A stretch of 64,000 nt of DNA from an uncultured Syntrophobacterales bacterium (GCA_964438895.1 CAYTMJ010000001.1:223746-287745); one strand, 5' to 3'; positions 39,611-50,475 are shown, counted from the stretch's first letter. Made by a program: numbers and translations. The notes: generated from the sequence alone by a model not told the origin.

Positions 39611-40348
39611 TCATTGGTCGCCCTTCATGATTGTTTCTACTCTCGCAATGTCCTCATGATTGTTGACTTCCCAAAATTCGCGACCATGAGCATTTACCTC
39701 GACACAGAGGACCCGGAACTCGTTTTCGAGAAAACGAGCTTGCTCAAGTCCTTCGGCCTGCTCCAGGCGCCCTTCGGGCCATGTCCCGTACGCAATTAAG
39801 GCTTCGGGGCGATATGCGTATATGCCCACATGATGGAAGATATCGGCGTGGCCAAATGGTAGAATTTCTTTTGAGCAATAAAGAGCCTGCTTCTTTTCAC
39901 CAAAAACCACAGTGGTCGCTCCAACGCGACCACTTCGACGATCTTCAATCAGTCGCTCGCGTGTTGCATCGTCGCAAAGCAACACGCGAGTAGCCACCGC
40001 AAAACTCGGATCTTGTTCCAGCGCATTGACAAGGTCCTCAACAAACCATGGAGGGGTGAGTGGCGCATCGCCTTGAAGATTTACGACTATCGACGGCGAG
40101 GCATCTAGTCCTGAGATAGCCTCTACACAACGCTCCGTACCATTCCTGCATGTCGAACTAGTCATAATCACGTGTGCGCCGAAACTTCGGGCATGTTCCG
40201 CGATCCGGGTGTCATCAGTAGCAACAAAAACAGCATCGATGCCTGTCACATTTTTGGCGGCAAGCCATGTATGCTCAATGAGAGCCCGTTGGATCCCATC
40301 GGCGCCCTTAATGGTCACCAGGGGTGCCTGGAAATCGTGACGATGCAT
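39611..40348 (-). CDS. kdsB: 3-deoxy-manno-octulosonate cytidylyltransferase (CMP-Kdo synthetase)
   Basis: VATDD, GTERC and VNLQGDAP motifs. The N-terminus is about 8 aa shorter than canonical, because an in-frame stop lies 9 codons upstream. Confidence 0.8.
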   Translation of the reverse strand: MHRHDFQAPLVTIKGADGIQRALIEHTWLAAKNVTGIDAVFVATDDTRIAEHARSFGAHVIMTSSTCRNGTERCVEAISGLDASPSIVVNLQGDAPLTPPWFVEDLVNALEQDPSFAVATRVLLCDDATRERLIEDRRSGRVGATTVVFGEKKQALYCSKEILPFGHADIFHHVGIYAYRPEALIAYGTWPEGRLEQAEGLEQARFLENEFRVLCVEVNAHGREFWEVNNHEDIARVETIMKGDQ

Positions 40349-41019
40349 ATCGGGCGGGAATAACGATGGTTCTTCTCAAGAATCCGCTCCTGCACTCGAG
40401 CAATCACGCAAATCTAGAAAACCAATTAGCACACTACGATTATCTGTGTGGACAGGGGAGGCTATACGTCGACCCCTCATACCTTCCGGCGCCTGGGTGC
40501 CGGATTGTCCCTAGCCGACAGCGTACATACGCCGCGAGCCGGGCCTTTCGCCGTAGATTGGCACGGACACCCGGCATTGTGACATATATTGCCGCCGGTT
40601 AAGAGCCCTCCCGAACTTTACCCCTATACCTTTGATCCTGCCTGCGCTTCCAAGACATGGCGACAACAGTGTGGTCATAATTTGTGGAATTCGTGTGCAT
40701 CAGCGGTCGCCAGCTAACCTAGTTCCGAAGGACGCGCTTCGAATCGATTTGCGAGAACGGGAGCGTCGCGGCCGGCAAAGTCTAATTGATACGCAAGCGG
40801 CAGCGTATCAATTGTATCGGAGCTTTCCTGGCGGGCCTGAACAGAAATGCCGAATTCGGTTCCGCCCTCATATCGTTGAGTTTTCCAGACTCCTCCAAGA
40901 GATCCGACAGGGCTGTGCGGGCATTCGTCAGTCGGATTGCGCGCGGTAACCTGGTGCAGTACTCTGTTGCAAACTAGTAAGTTTGACGCGACCCTCGTAA
41001 CTGGCGGTCCCCGCCAGCG

Positions 41020-41910
41020 ATGAGTCGCACTTCCGGTTTAAGGGAGCAGGCCATTTCCACCTTATCAACGACATTCAGCGGACTCCGGAGCACCGGAGAG
41101 CTGCTTCAGGAAGGCGACTCGGTCATATTGTTTGACCGGAAGGACCGAGAATACCTGAAAACACTCCGGGCCGGGGAAATGATCTCCATCAGGGGTGGGA
41201 CCATCGCTGCGAATGACCTTTTGGGAAAGCCGGATGGTGTTAGTATCCGTTCGTCACTCAAGGAGCGCTTCGTGGTACTGCGGCCCACTCTGGAACGCTT
41301 GATCCCGAACCTACCACGAAAAGCTCAGGTCATTTACCCCAAAGACTTGGGGCTTATTCTGATGTGGGGGGATGTCTATCCGGGGGCCACGGTAATAGAG
41401 GCCGGTGTGGGGCCGGGCGCACTCACACTCGCGCTACTACGGGCTGTGGGACCAGAAGGGCGGGTCATTTCTTTCGAGATTCGGGAGGAGTTTGCCCGGG
41501 CTGCGGAACGGAACGTGGCTCGCTACTATGGCGCGGCGCCCCAGTGGACCCTGGAGATAGGTGACGTTTCCGACGGCCTTCAAGACTGTACTGCAGATCG
41601 TATTTTTCTCGATCTTCCGGAGCCTTGGCGACAGACAGATCATGCGTGGCGGGCGCTGCGACCCGGCGGTGTGTTTCTGTCTTACGTCCCTACCGTCCTG
41701 CAAATTAAGGGATTCGTTGACTCCCTGAAAGAGCACGGCGGTTTCGCATGTATTGATACTACAGAGACACTGGTTCGCCATTGGCACCTTAAGGAGATGA
41801 GCGTGAGGCCACAACATCGAATGGTAGCTCACACTGGGTTTGTCACCACAGCCCGACGGATCGAAAAAGAGTATTCAGGGCCACCAGATTCGAAGGAAAC
41901 AGGGGAGTAG
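41020..41910 (+). CDS. trmI: tRNA (adenine-N1)-methyltransferase TrmI/GCD14 family
   Basis: SAM-binding motif VIEAGVGPGALTLALLRAVGPEGRVISFE and the overall TrmI architecture. Confidence 0.8.
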   Translation: MSRTSGLREQAISTLSTTFSGLRSTGELLQEGDSVILFDRKDREYLKTLRAGEMISIRGGTIAANDLLGKPDGVSIRSSLKERFVVLRPTLERLIPNLPRKAQVIYPKDLGLILMWGDVYPGATVIEAGVGPGALTLALLRAVGPEGRVISFEIREEFARAAERNVARYYGAAPQWTLEIGDVSDGLQDCTADRIFLDLPEPWRQTDHAWRALRPGGVFLSYVPTVLQIKGFVDSLKEHGGFACIDTTETLVRHWHLKEMSVRPQHRMVAHTGFVTTARRIEKEYSGPPDSKETGE

Positions 41911-41989
41911 GGGACCCTGGTTGGGGGGTGGGGGCTGTCGGTAAGCACTTTCATTTCGACAGTTAAGATCCGAGGAAAAGAGCCGGCGG

Positions 41990-42832
41990 ATGAAAACACT
42001 ACTCATGGCACTGGTGATGGTTGTCCCCATTGAGGCGACGGGCATTGTGGGTACGCAGGATTTTGAGAAAGCGACGAGGGCATACGACGCTGGCGACTAC
42101 ACAAATGCCGCGAGGATTTTAAAGGTGCTTGCCGACCAAGGAGATGCGGAAGCGCAGCACAAACTTGGTGTGGCATACGAAAAAGGACAAGGGGTCGCTC
42201 AGGATTATAAGGAAGCGGTGAAGTGGTACAGACTTTCAGCTGAGCAGGGGGTCGCGGAGGCGCAGCACAAACTTGGCGCGATGTACATGCTGGGACAAGG
42301 CGTTGGAAAGGATGTTGAACTAGCAGCGAAGTGGCATTGTAAAGCAGCGAAACGTGGCGCCAAGAGCCACATAGCGCAGTGCTTGAAACTGGCTGGGCGC
42401 GGGTCAGCAGAAACGCAGTTCAGACTTGGCAAGTTGTTTCAACAAGGTCAAGGCGTAGCACAAGACGAAGGCATGGCGGCTCGTTGGATTTGTGGTGCAG
42501 CAGAAATGGGCTTCTCGGCAGCGATACAGAGTTGTCACACAATGGCGTCATTAGGAAATGCTACAGCGCAATATCGCTTGGGTCTTTTGCTTGGAACGGG
42601 AAAGGGTGTTTTGCAGGACCTTGGAAGTGCGCATATGTGGTTGAACATTGCGGCTGCGAATGGCGCTTCAGATGGTTTCAGGCAAATGGACAAATTGGCA
42701 AGGAAACTAACTGCAGAGGAGCTTGAAAATACTCCTGTGCGGACAAGGCGCTGCATGGAGTCAAACTATAGCGACTGCGGAGTAAAGGCAAAGCCGTGGT
42801 GGAAAAAGGCAATTGAACGCCTCTTTCGCTAA
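41990..42832 (+). CDS. Secreted Sel1-repeat protein
   Basis: A signal peptide followed by about 6 Sel1-like repeats (AQHKLG..Y..GQGV.QD...A.KWY). Confidence 0.85.
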   Translation: MKTLLMALVMVVPIEATGIVGTQDFEKATRAYDAGDYTNAARILKVLADQGDAEAQHKLGVAYEKGQGVAQDYKEAVKWYRLSAEQGVAEAQHKLGAMYMLGQGVGKDVELAAKWHCKAAKRGAKSHIAQCLKLAGRGSAETQFRLGKLFQQGQGVAQDEGMAARWICGAAEMGFSAAIQSCHTMASLGNATAQYRLGLLLGTGKGVLQDLGSAHMWLNIAAANGASDGFRQMDKLARKLTAEELENTPVRTRRCMESNYSDCGVKAKPWWKKAIERLFR

Positions 42833-42883
42833 GCAGTGATCTCCCAGCGGGAAAGCACTGCGACTGACGAGAAGGATCATCGG

Positions 42884-43375
42884 ATGAGAAATCTACTCAT
42901 AGTACTGGCGATGGTTGTCTCAATTGGTGTGACCGAGGTCGTGTATTTAGAGTACGGACATAGGGTCTCAATTGCACAGTGGGGCTATGGTCGTACATAC
43001 GATCTGGGAGACCGCGCTGTCCCACAGAATGATGAGAAAGCAGCGAAGTGGTACCGCAAGGCGGCTGAACGGGGACATGCGGGTGCGCAGCACGATCTGG
43101 GCGTCCTGTTCGAGAAAGGGCGCGGCGTGCCTCAGGACACAATGGCTGCCCTTATGTGGTTAACCATTTCTCTTATGAACGCTGATGCGGAAGCAACACC
43201 TAATGCACGGACAATGGAGAGCAAGGCCAGGATTGTTGCCACGCTCGCTCCCTCGCACAGGATGTTTCCACCTGAATTCGATGAATTAATTGCGAAGCGG
43301 GTGCAAATGGATGTTGTGGAGGCGGAGTTGATGGCAATTCGCTGTGTGCTGTCACTTTATAACAACTGTGGCTGA
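42884..43375 (+). CDS. Sel1-repeat protein with N-terminal signal/anchor
   Basis: Sel1 repeats (AAKWYRKAAERGHAGAQHDLGVLFEKGRGVPQD). The start is placed at MRNLL. Confidence 0.75.
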   Translation: MRNLLIVLAMVVSIGVTEVVYLEYGHRVSIAQWGYGRTYDLGDRAVPQNDEKAAKWYRKAAERGHAGAQHDLGVLFEKGRGVPQDTMAALMWLTISLMNADAEATPNARTMESKARIVATLAPSHRMFPPEFDELIAKRVQMDVVEAELMAIRCVLSLYNNCG

Positions 43376-43604
43376 AGGCGCGTCGAATTGCAGATCAGCT
43401 TCTCGATGATATCTGTGTCCGTAGGTTTAGTTGACGTTCTTACTGTTGTTTAATGTCTACCCTATTGAGGCAAGGGCTCCATACATCCCGGAGCGTGGGA
43501 CCACTCTTTAATTTAGTACAAGTTTCTGATGAACTATCGGCAAGTAAGCATTTTACACCTTTCTAACATAGTCTATTTCCAATGCGAGTTGGAGAACGGC
43601 GCCT

Positions 43605-43898
43605 ATGCCCGCATATAAGGTTTTCTTCACAATCACATTTTCTCCAGTAGACGATAAAATCAAGCAGGAGCCAATCACCCATAAGGGGGATTTAACTTCA
43701 CCTATTGATATGCGCAGTGGGGAGGATGCTGAAAAATGGCTGAAGGGTCTGTTCATGGATGGGCCTTCTGGCTGCAGTGGGCACGAATCCAAATTAGTGG
43801 ATAGCGCTAATCACCCGCACGCGCAGGCTACCTTTTGGGATTGGAACGATGGGTTTGACACCACCTTGGACATTACGGCTACCCAGCTCATTGAATAG
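43605..43898 (+). CDS. Small acidic protein, paralog A3 (diverged)
   Basis: Same length as A1/A2 and the same terminal motifs (MPAYKVFFTITF...DITATQLIE), at about 40% identity. Confidence 0.55.
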   Translation: MPAYKVFFTITFSPVDDKIKQEPITHKGDLTSPIDMRSGEDAEKWLKGLFMDGPSGCSGHESKLVDSANHPHAQATFWDWNDGFDTTLDITATQLIE

Positions 43899-44548
43899 GG
43901 ACAACGCAATGGCACCGCGAAGTCCATCATGGGGCATGCAAGATTAAGCCCCTCACCTCAAAGAAGCCCATCTCGCCCGCTTCAAATGCTCCCTGCTAGG
44001 GGTATCTCAATTCGAACCAAAAAAAACGCGCTGGAGAAATATGTCCTCACTCACTTCTCACTTCGTTGTAGTTCTTGACGTTTTTAGCTCTCGAATCTAG
44101 ATTCGCACGGTTTTCTATGCCCAGCTTTCTATACACTGTTGGCGCTTATGAAGAATCGTAAGATGTTATGATGAAACGAATGCGTGAAACGGCGCCCTCA
44201 TGCACACGCTATGGAACACCAAGCCCTGGTTATCAATGCAATGGTAAGTGCTGTAATCGCATTTAACACCTACGATACGGGCAGCATGGAATATCTGCCG
44301 GAGGGGATTCTTGGAACGTATTATTTTCTGGTTTTTTCATGATGCTCTCTAGGTCGCCTTCGCGGTGGGCGCTAATTGTCGTCTATGTATCCCTGGTTGC
44401 CGATGGAGTTTCTCGTTGGTCGTCCCGTGATCCGAGGGGATTACGTTGCGCGTTACCTTTGGAAACAGACAATCGGGCATGTAACTGCCGTTTAACGTCT
44501 GCCGCAACCCGCTACGGTTTAGTTTTCAGTTAACAGGAGACTATTGCA

Positions 44549-45472
44549 ATGATTATCGACACCCATGTCCACGTGTATGGTTTTCCGTCGCTTCAACAAT
44601 TAGAAACGCAAATAAAAAAAATGGAGGACGCTATCGCGTTTCGAACACGGCACCCCGACCTATACGCTAAAACTTTAACTGACGACCCCGTAGATATCTC
44701 CGACGACCTAATCCAGCACATGGATCTTCATAACATCGACAAGGCATTAGTCCAGGCACGTGCAGGCAACGTCAACAACGACCAAGTTGCAAAAGTAGTC
44801 AATAAGTATCCAGACCGGTTTACAGGCCTGCTTCGAATCGGACATGATCAGGAAGCTAGTTATGAGTACGTAGAAGATCCGACACCCGTGCGAGAGAGGG
44901 CGCCCGATCACATAAGCTACTGTATCGAAGATTTGGGAATGAAGGGAATGGGAGAAACTTTTGTCCGAGCTTTCACGACTTCCGTAAACCCCGAAAAGAT
45001 AGAAAAGGATTTGCGACCGATCATGGATACCCTCGATCGGTACAAGGCGCCTATCCAGTTTCCCACCGCTTGGTCACAATTTCCTGGTGGGCTTTTTTAT
45101 GGAAACCCCATATGGGTGGACGAAGTTGCCGGACATTACCCTGACGTCCCCATCATCTTAACTAAAATGGGACGCAGTCTTGAAACCTACTTTGAACCTT
45201 CCCTGACTGTCGCGATGCGTAATAGCAACGTGTATTTTGATGTTGTCGGAACGAACCCAAAACATCTCCGAGTAGCAATAGATGCTATTGGGTCTGACCG
45301 TATCATGTTTGGGTCTGATTGGTCCGCAACTTGGCGGTGGCTTTCGGACCCGGCACCCCTTTATACGATTCGTAAAAATGTTCTAAACGCAGCCAATCTT
45401 ACGGAGGAAGAACAAGACAACATTTTGTGGAAAACTGCTGACAACGTTTTTAAATTAGATACTAGCAACTAA
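44549..45472 (+). CDS. Amidohydrolase-2 family metal-dependent hydrolase (TIM barrel, ACMSD-like)
   Basis: N-terminal IIDTHVHVY and C-terminal MFGSDW motifs. Confidence 0.75.
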   Translation: MIIDTHVHVYGFPSLQQLETQIKKMEDAIAFRTRHPDLYAKTLTDDPVDISDDLIQHMDLHNIDKALVQARAGNVNNDQVAKVVNKYPDRFTGLLRIGHDQEASYEYVEDPTPVRERAPDHISYCIEDLGMKGMGETFVRAFTTSVNPEKIEKDLRPIMDTLDRYKAPIQFPTAWSQFPGGLFYGNPIWVDEVAGHYPDVPIILTKMGRSLETYFEPSLTVAMRNSNVYFDVVGTNPKHLRVAIDAIGSDRIMFGSDWSATWRWLSDPAPLYTIRKNVLNAANLTEEEQDNILWKTADNVFKLDTSN

Positions 45473-45798
45473 ACCGATCCGGGACGCGAGCAGTATTACT
45501 GCTACATACCCTGAATGATGTGCGCAACGTTTACACGCTTCTCAACGATTGCAAACCTCACAGAAGTCACGAACACTTATGCCCGGCGGTGGGACCCCAT
45601 TTACCAGTAACATTGCAATTACATTTCGTATAGGCTCCGGCCGAATTAGACCTGCATGGTCTCAAGCTCGGTCTGTAGTTTCCCGTACCAAATCTCTACC
45701 TGAGCCATCCAGGTGTTTGTTGTGTTTGTGATTTCATCTGACCTGTCACCGAATCCAGACGGCGTAGATTCTATGCGGAGTACTGCAATGCTGACTGG

Positions 45799-46233
45799 TT
45801 ACATAGGTTCAGCAATAAACACAGGGATTGTACGGGATGTTTTTGCTTGATAATCACTATAGGGTCGATATATTTTTACACTGATATTCCACAATCCCTC
45901 ACGTTCTTGGTCGCAGATAACTTCGCGGACTCGCATTTTTAATACTTCAGTTTTATCGCGTATTTCCACGTCGTGATTTACTCTAAGATTGTACACCCAC
46001 CCGGGATTTTTAGGACTTCCACCCTTAGAACCAATCAACACATAACTGTCCCCCGCCTTTACCCGCATCAGTGGGGTTTTTCGCAATGCGCCAGTTTTAC
46101 TACCCACATGTGTGACGATGATGCATGGCAATCCCGTGTCCCTCAAAGTGGTGCCATCGGTACCACCACTACTTTCATATAACTCTACTTGCTCACGTAC
46201 CCAATCTGTAGTGGGAGGAATGTAAACCGTCAT
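45799..46233 (-). CDS. Deazaflavin (F420)-dependent nitroreductase-family protein (DUF385/PF04075)
   Basis: Conserved G.S.GG.P..P.W..NL pattern. 144 aa. Confidence 0.7.
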   Translation of the reverse strand: MTVYIPPTTDWVREQVELYESSGGTDGTTLRDTGLPCIIVTHVGSKTGALRKTPLMRVKAGDSYVLIGSKGGSPKNPGWVYNLRVNHDVEIRDKTEVLKMRVREVICDQEREGLWNISVKIYRPYSDYQAKTSRTIPVFIAEPM

Positions 46234-46488
46234 TTGATTAACCTACCAACCTGGAAGTTTCTAAAGCAACCCTGTCACGACAACCCGTGCAGAGGATATC
46301 CGTGGACTTCTTGCAATAGAACCTGCGCATTACCGCCAGGTTGTTGGTTTCCCCCCACTGCGTGCATAGGAAACGGCAAGTGCGCAAGCGCCGGTGTTGT
46401 AAAATGTATCCCACACAGAAATTCTCTCACGAATTAGGGGCAAATTGGGGGTTTCCGGATTAGTTTGGGGGACTTATACCTCTCCGTG

Positions 46489-47310
46489 TCATCGCTCCTT
46501 CGGCATACCCTGTCCGAGGTCGATCTTAATACCTTTGATCACTTCCTTGACGGACCCGCAAAGTGGAAGGCTTATTCGCGCTTCGTCTGCCTCCCTTAAG
46601 ACGATAGACATATCTTTCTCCGCCCACGGCATATCCCATTTCTCCGCACGGACTTCCATCGCCCAGTTTTGTGCACTGGAATCCAGCAGCGCATCGCGGA
46701 GCGCTTCCGTATCCACGGCAAGGGCTTTTGCTAAAGTCATTCCCTCAACGTTCGCTGAGATACATGACCACAAGATTAAATTATTGACCATTTTACCCAC
46801 TTGGCCCGCACCGAGATCGCCAAGGTGATAGATATCCTTCGCGAATGTCTCAAATGCAGGTCTGCACGCATCAAATGAGTCCCGTTCACCGCCGCCTAGG
46901 AGAAGTAGATTGCCGTCAATTGCGGCTTGTTCGCCGCGCGTCATTGGAATGTCAAGAAATACTACATTCTCGCTGCCTGACCGAGCCGCGATGTCTTTCA
47001 TAGTCTGAGGTGCAATTGTTGAAGCAACAGCTATTACTTTTTTGCTGGTTGCGCCCGCCAACAAACCGGTATCGCCAAAAATCACTTCCTCAACCTCAGA
47101 ATCGAAGCCCACGCTAACTATCACTAAGTCGCATCGCTCTGCTACGTCGGAACAAGATTTTGCACTCGAAATTCCAAACTCCTCCAGGCCTGACGTCGCC
47201 GCGGCAACGACATCATAACCCATTACCTCGTATCCGCCACTAACCAAATGTCTCGCAAGTGGTCCGCCCATCTTTCCCAACCCGATCACACCCACTGTTT
47301 GGATTCTCAT
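46489..47310 (-). CDS. NAD(P)-dependent 3-hydroxyisobutyrate / 6-phosphogluconate dehydrogenase-like oxidoreductase
   Basis: N-terminal GVIGLGKMGGPLA Rossmann motif and the HIBADH family pattern. Confidence 0.8.
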   Translation of the reverse strand: MRIQTVGVIGLGKMGGPLARHLVSGGYEVMGYDVVAAATSGLEEFGISSAKSCSDVAERCDLVIVSVGFDSEVEEVIFGDTGLLAGATSKKVIAVASTIAPQTMKDIAARSGSENVVFLDIPMTRGEQAAIDGNLLLLGGGERDSFDACRPAFETFAKDIYHLGDLGAGQVGKMVNNLILWSCISANVEGMTLAKALAVDTEALRDALLDSSAQNWAMEVRAEKWDMPWAEKDMSIVLREADEARISLPLCGSVKEVIKGIKIDLGQGMPKER

Positions 47311-47898
47311 AAGCTAACTCACTTTCTACCAGATAGATTTCGTTATCCTGAATCATCTTGACGTGTCTGCACGAGGCTGGCCATCGAACCAGAATCCTTA
47401 GGCACTTGGAACAAATCCAAGAGGACATGTGGAAACTTCCCCATGATATTGAACTTGATCCAATCCCAAATGACGATTAAGGGAGTGGGCGATTGTGTTA
47501 TCTCAAACGGGACACCGTTTCCACTCAGTTTCTACAATATGACGTTAACACCAGAATTTGTACGCTGTTTTACTGCAAGCCCCGTCACGGCATAGTCGCA
47601 CAGTCTCTCCAGCATCTCTACAGAAGTTCCCATCTGCCGTGCAAGCAGATACAGGCCTATTTCCTCAAGTAACCCCTGGGTGCAATAGCAATAGTGAAAA
47701 CTTTTGAGACTGCCCAGCTTATAGCGAAAGACGCATTGCCATCGCTCGCTGGACTAGAACATACAGTTCAGTCGGTGGTAGCCTGCGGCTGTTCCATCAC
47801 TGGCGAAACCCACGAGGCGATGGATGGCGCGACCCGTTCGATGAAGGCTTGGGTGGCCCTTCTAAGGAATATGGACGTTCTCAAATAATACCACGGTC

Positions 47899-48735
47899 AT
47901 GAAGTACAAACACTTCCATTCTTGCATCTTCACCCTCGTAGCCTGTTGCATTTCCCTGATCCCGGCCAGCGTTTCGGCGCAACAGACTTTGTTGTTGAGC
48001 GGGACCGGCTCGCGAAACGCCTATGCCGCGATTAACGACAAGCTCGCGGGTCATGGCAACGTGATCGAGGTTTCGGATTGCAGTCATCCGCAGTTTGGGT
48101 CGCACATCACGCAGGCATTTGACGAAACCCTTAAGAAACATGTGTTTCGTTTCCATATCCATCGGGATCACGACACCGATAGATGTAAAAAGTTCGATCG
48201 CCAAAGAACCGAGATCAAAGTATACGACAAGTCGCCCGACTGGTTGAAGGGGGTCCAAAACAGTAATTTTATATACAAATGGAAGTTCAGGTTAGATCAT
48301 AAGTTTCAGCCTTCTCGGCACTTCACGCATTTGTTTCAAATGAAGGCTGTGGGCGGCCCCTACTCCAACCACCCAATGATAACGTTTACTGCCCGGAAGC
48401 GAAGCAACGAGCGATCCGATAGGTTCGAGCTTCGATATGGTACTCAGCACAACAGCAGCACGCTTCTGGAGGCAACTTTGCTACCCTTTCTCGGCCGGTG
48501 GCTGCAGGTGATTGTTAACGCAACATTTGGCGAGAAGGGGGCACTCGCGATACGGATAACTTCTATAAATACTGGCGCCCAGTTGTTGCACTACGAAGAT
48601 GACTCCATAACGCTGTGGAAAGACGGCGCTGACTTCTTGAGGCCAAAGTGGGGCATTTATCGAAGCTTGCAACACAAGGGTGCGTTAAGAGATGAAGTTG
48701 TGGACTTTGCCGATATTGAGATTCAGGCGAACTAG
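47899..48735 (+). CDS. Secreted protein, possibly a concanavalin-like / polysaccharide-lyase-like fold
   Basis: A signal peptide is present. The RQRTE and QMK..G motifs loosely recall PL7-type lyases; the assignment is weak. Confidence 0.35.
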   Translation: MKYKHFHSCIFTLVACCISLIPASVSAQQTLLLSGTGSRNAYAAINDKLAGHGNVIEVSDCSHPQFGSHITQAFDETLKKHVFRFHIHRDHDTDRCKKFDRQRTEIKVYDKSPDWLKGVQNSNFIYKWKFRLDHKFQPSRHFTHLFQMKAVGGPYSNHPMITFTARKRSNERSDRFELRYGTQHNSSTLLEATLLPFLGRWLQVIVNATFGEKGALAIRITSINTGAQLLHYEDDSITLWKDGADFLRPKWGIYRSLQHKGALRDEVVDFADIEIQAN

Positions 48736-48996
48736 AACGCTCAACCCCCTCGTGAGAACACCCAGGCTGTAGAAGCGTGTCTCGCAGGGATAATTTCTCA
48801 CGGACCGAGGAGGAGTTAAAAGTTTGGTGAAATGCATTTCTGGGCTGGCTCCTTGGGCCACTTCAACCAAAGGGGCAACCGTCACAGCTGGACACAGTGG
48901 TTCTCCGTGATGTCATAAAGAAAGCCGCTAAACGGGAGCTGGTTGGATAGTCGCGCCGCTTGATTTTGCATTAGGCGCGGCCTCATAGTGGCAAGA

Positions 48997-49128
48997 ATGG
49001 AAGTTCTTACTCTCGTCGGCATTATTTTCATCTTTTTCATCTTGTTATATTGCTGGGTCACAAGAGCTCATCGAAAAAAGGCCCTTGAGGCATTGGACAA
49101 AATTCGAGAGGAAAATAGCAATGGGTGA
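48997..49128 (+). CDS. Possible small single-TM protein (43 aa)
   Basis: A short ORF, MEVLTLVGIIFIFFILLYCWV + charged tail, lying in an 800-bp gap otherwise free of ORFs. Confidence 0.2.
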   Translation: MEVLTLVGIIFIFFILLYCWVTRAHRKKALEALDKIREENSNG

Positions 49129-49536
49129 CGTCCATAGTGAGGAGGAACGCAATTACCCTGCTTCAAGCGGGCAATTGCGTTCCTCCAGGTTCTACGGTTC
49201 TCTATAAGTTTTGGTTTTTTGTAGTTTGCTTCGCCGCAAGCCTTGCTACGGACTACCCGACAAGATCTCCCCATCATCTCGACAAATGCTGCCGTCTTCC
49301 ATTCCGATAGAAGCAAGCCTACCTCATGCTTCAATCTTTGCGTCACATAGAGACGACCCACGCTGTAGAAGGTGTTCATCTCGAGGTGGAGGTCCGACGC
49401 TATCGCTCGTCGGAATGGACCAAAGCGTTTAGTCGGTGGTGGCTTGCAAGCTGGTCAGCACATGGCGGAGGACGCGAGCTGCAGGTAACGCAACGCCACA
49501 TCGCAGTCAGCAAAACGCGATTCGGAAGGTCGTTGT

Positions 49537-50220
49537 ATGAGAAAGCTACTAACGGCGCTGGTCGGACTGCTCTGTTTGTGGATTCCCATCCTCATTGTAA
49601 CAGCAGAGCAGATTGTCGGTCAGGCCTCAGTTATTGACGGCGACACAATCGAAATTCACGGCACCCGAATTCGTTTTCATGGGATTGATGCTCCCGAAAG
49701 CGGCCAGGTTTGCATGGTACACGAGAGACGACTCCGCTGTGGGAAGTTGGCAGGCCAGGCCCTCGCAAAGAAAATTGGTAGCGATACTGTCACCTGCATT
49801 CCAACGGACCAAGATCGTTACGGCCGTGTTGTCGCAATTTGCAGTGTTACGGGCGAGGATCTAAATGCCTGGATGGTCCGAGAAGGCTGGGCTCTAGCGT
49901 ACCGCCAGTACTCTCTAGACTACATCAACGAAGAAAACTCGGCCTCTGCATCGGGACGACGGCTCTGGAATACGGAGTTTACCCCGCCGTGGGAGTGGCG
50001 ACGTCGAAAACATGCTTCGGTGTCTCAGCAGAGTTCAGGTCCCTCACCTCAATCGGGCTGTAACATCAAGGGAAACATCAACAGAAAAGGCGAACGCATC
50101 TACCATATTCCTGGTGGACACTACTACGACGGGACAGTTATAACAGCTTCGAAAAGCGAGCGCTGGTTTTGCAGTGAAATGGAAGCAAAGACTGCTGGCT
50201 GGAGGCGATCGAAACAATAG
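49537..50220 (+). CDS. Secreted staphylococcal-nuclease-like thermonuclease with an extra Cys-containing C-terminal domain
   Basis: A signal peptide, then the SNase core (VIDGDTIEIHG...GIDAPE), then a C-terminal ~60 aa (CNIKGNINRKGERIYHIPGGHYY...). Confidence 0.7.
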   Translation: MRKLLTALVGLLCLWIPILIVTAEQIVGQASVIDGDTIEIHGTRIRFHGIDAPESGQVCMVHERRLRCGKLAGQALAKKIGSDTVTCIPTDQDRYGRVVAICSVTGEDLNAWMVREGWALAYRQYSLDYINEENSASASGRRLWNTEFTPPWEWRRRKHASVSQQSSGPSPQSGCNIKGNINRKGERIYHIPGGHYYDGTVITASKSERWFCSEMEAKTAGWRRSKQ

Positions 50221-50475
50221 GACGCTCAACAAACCGTCAATTAAGTGCTCTGCAGCAACCGGTAATCGCCACTGCGTACACTACCCTCTAACGTATCTAA
50301 AGAATTCGAAGGGCAACACCACCACAATTCACACTCACCAATAAGCATGTAACATGAGGCAGCGTTCAAGAACTTTCCGGAGGATCGACACGGCATTGGC
50401 GACCATTATTAGCTCTTGTTCAATGTGGTGGGGTTAGAGACGACTTTGGACGATTAACTTCATAAAGGAGCAACC

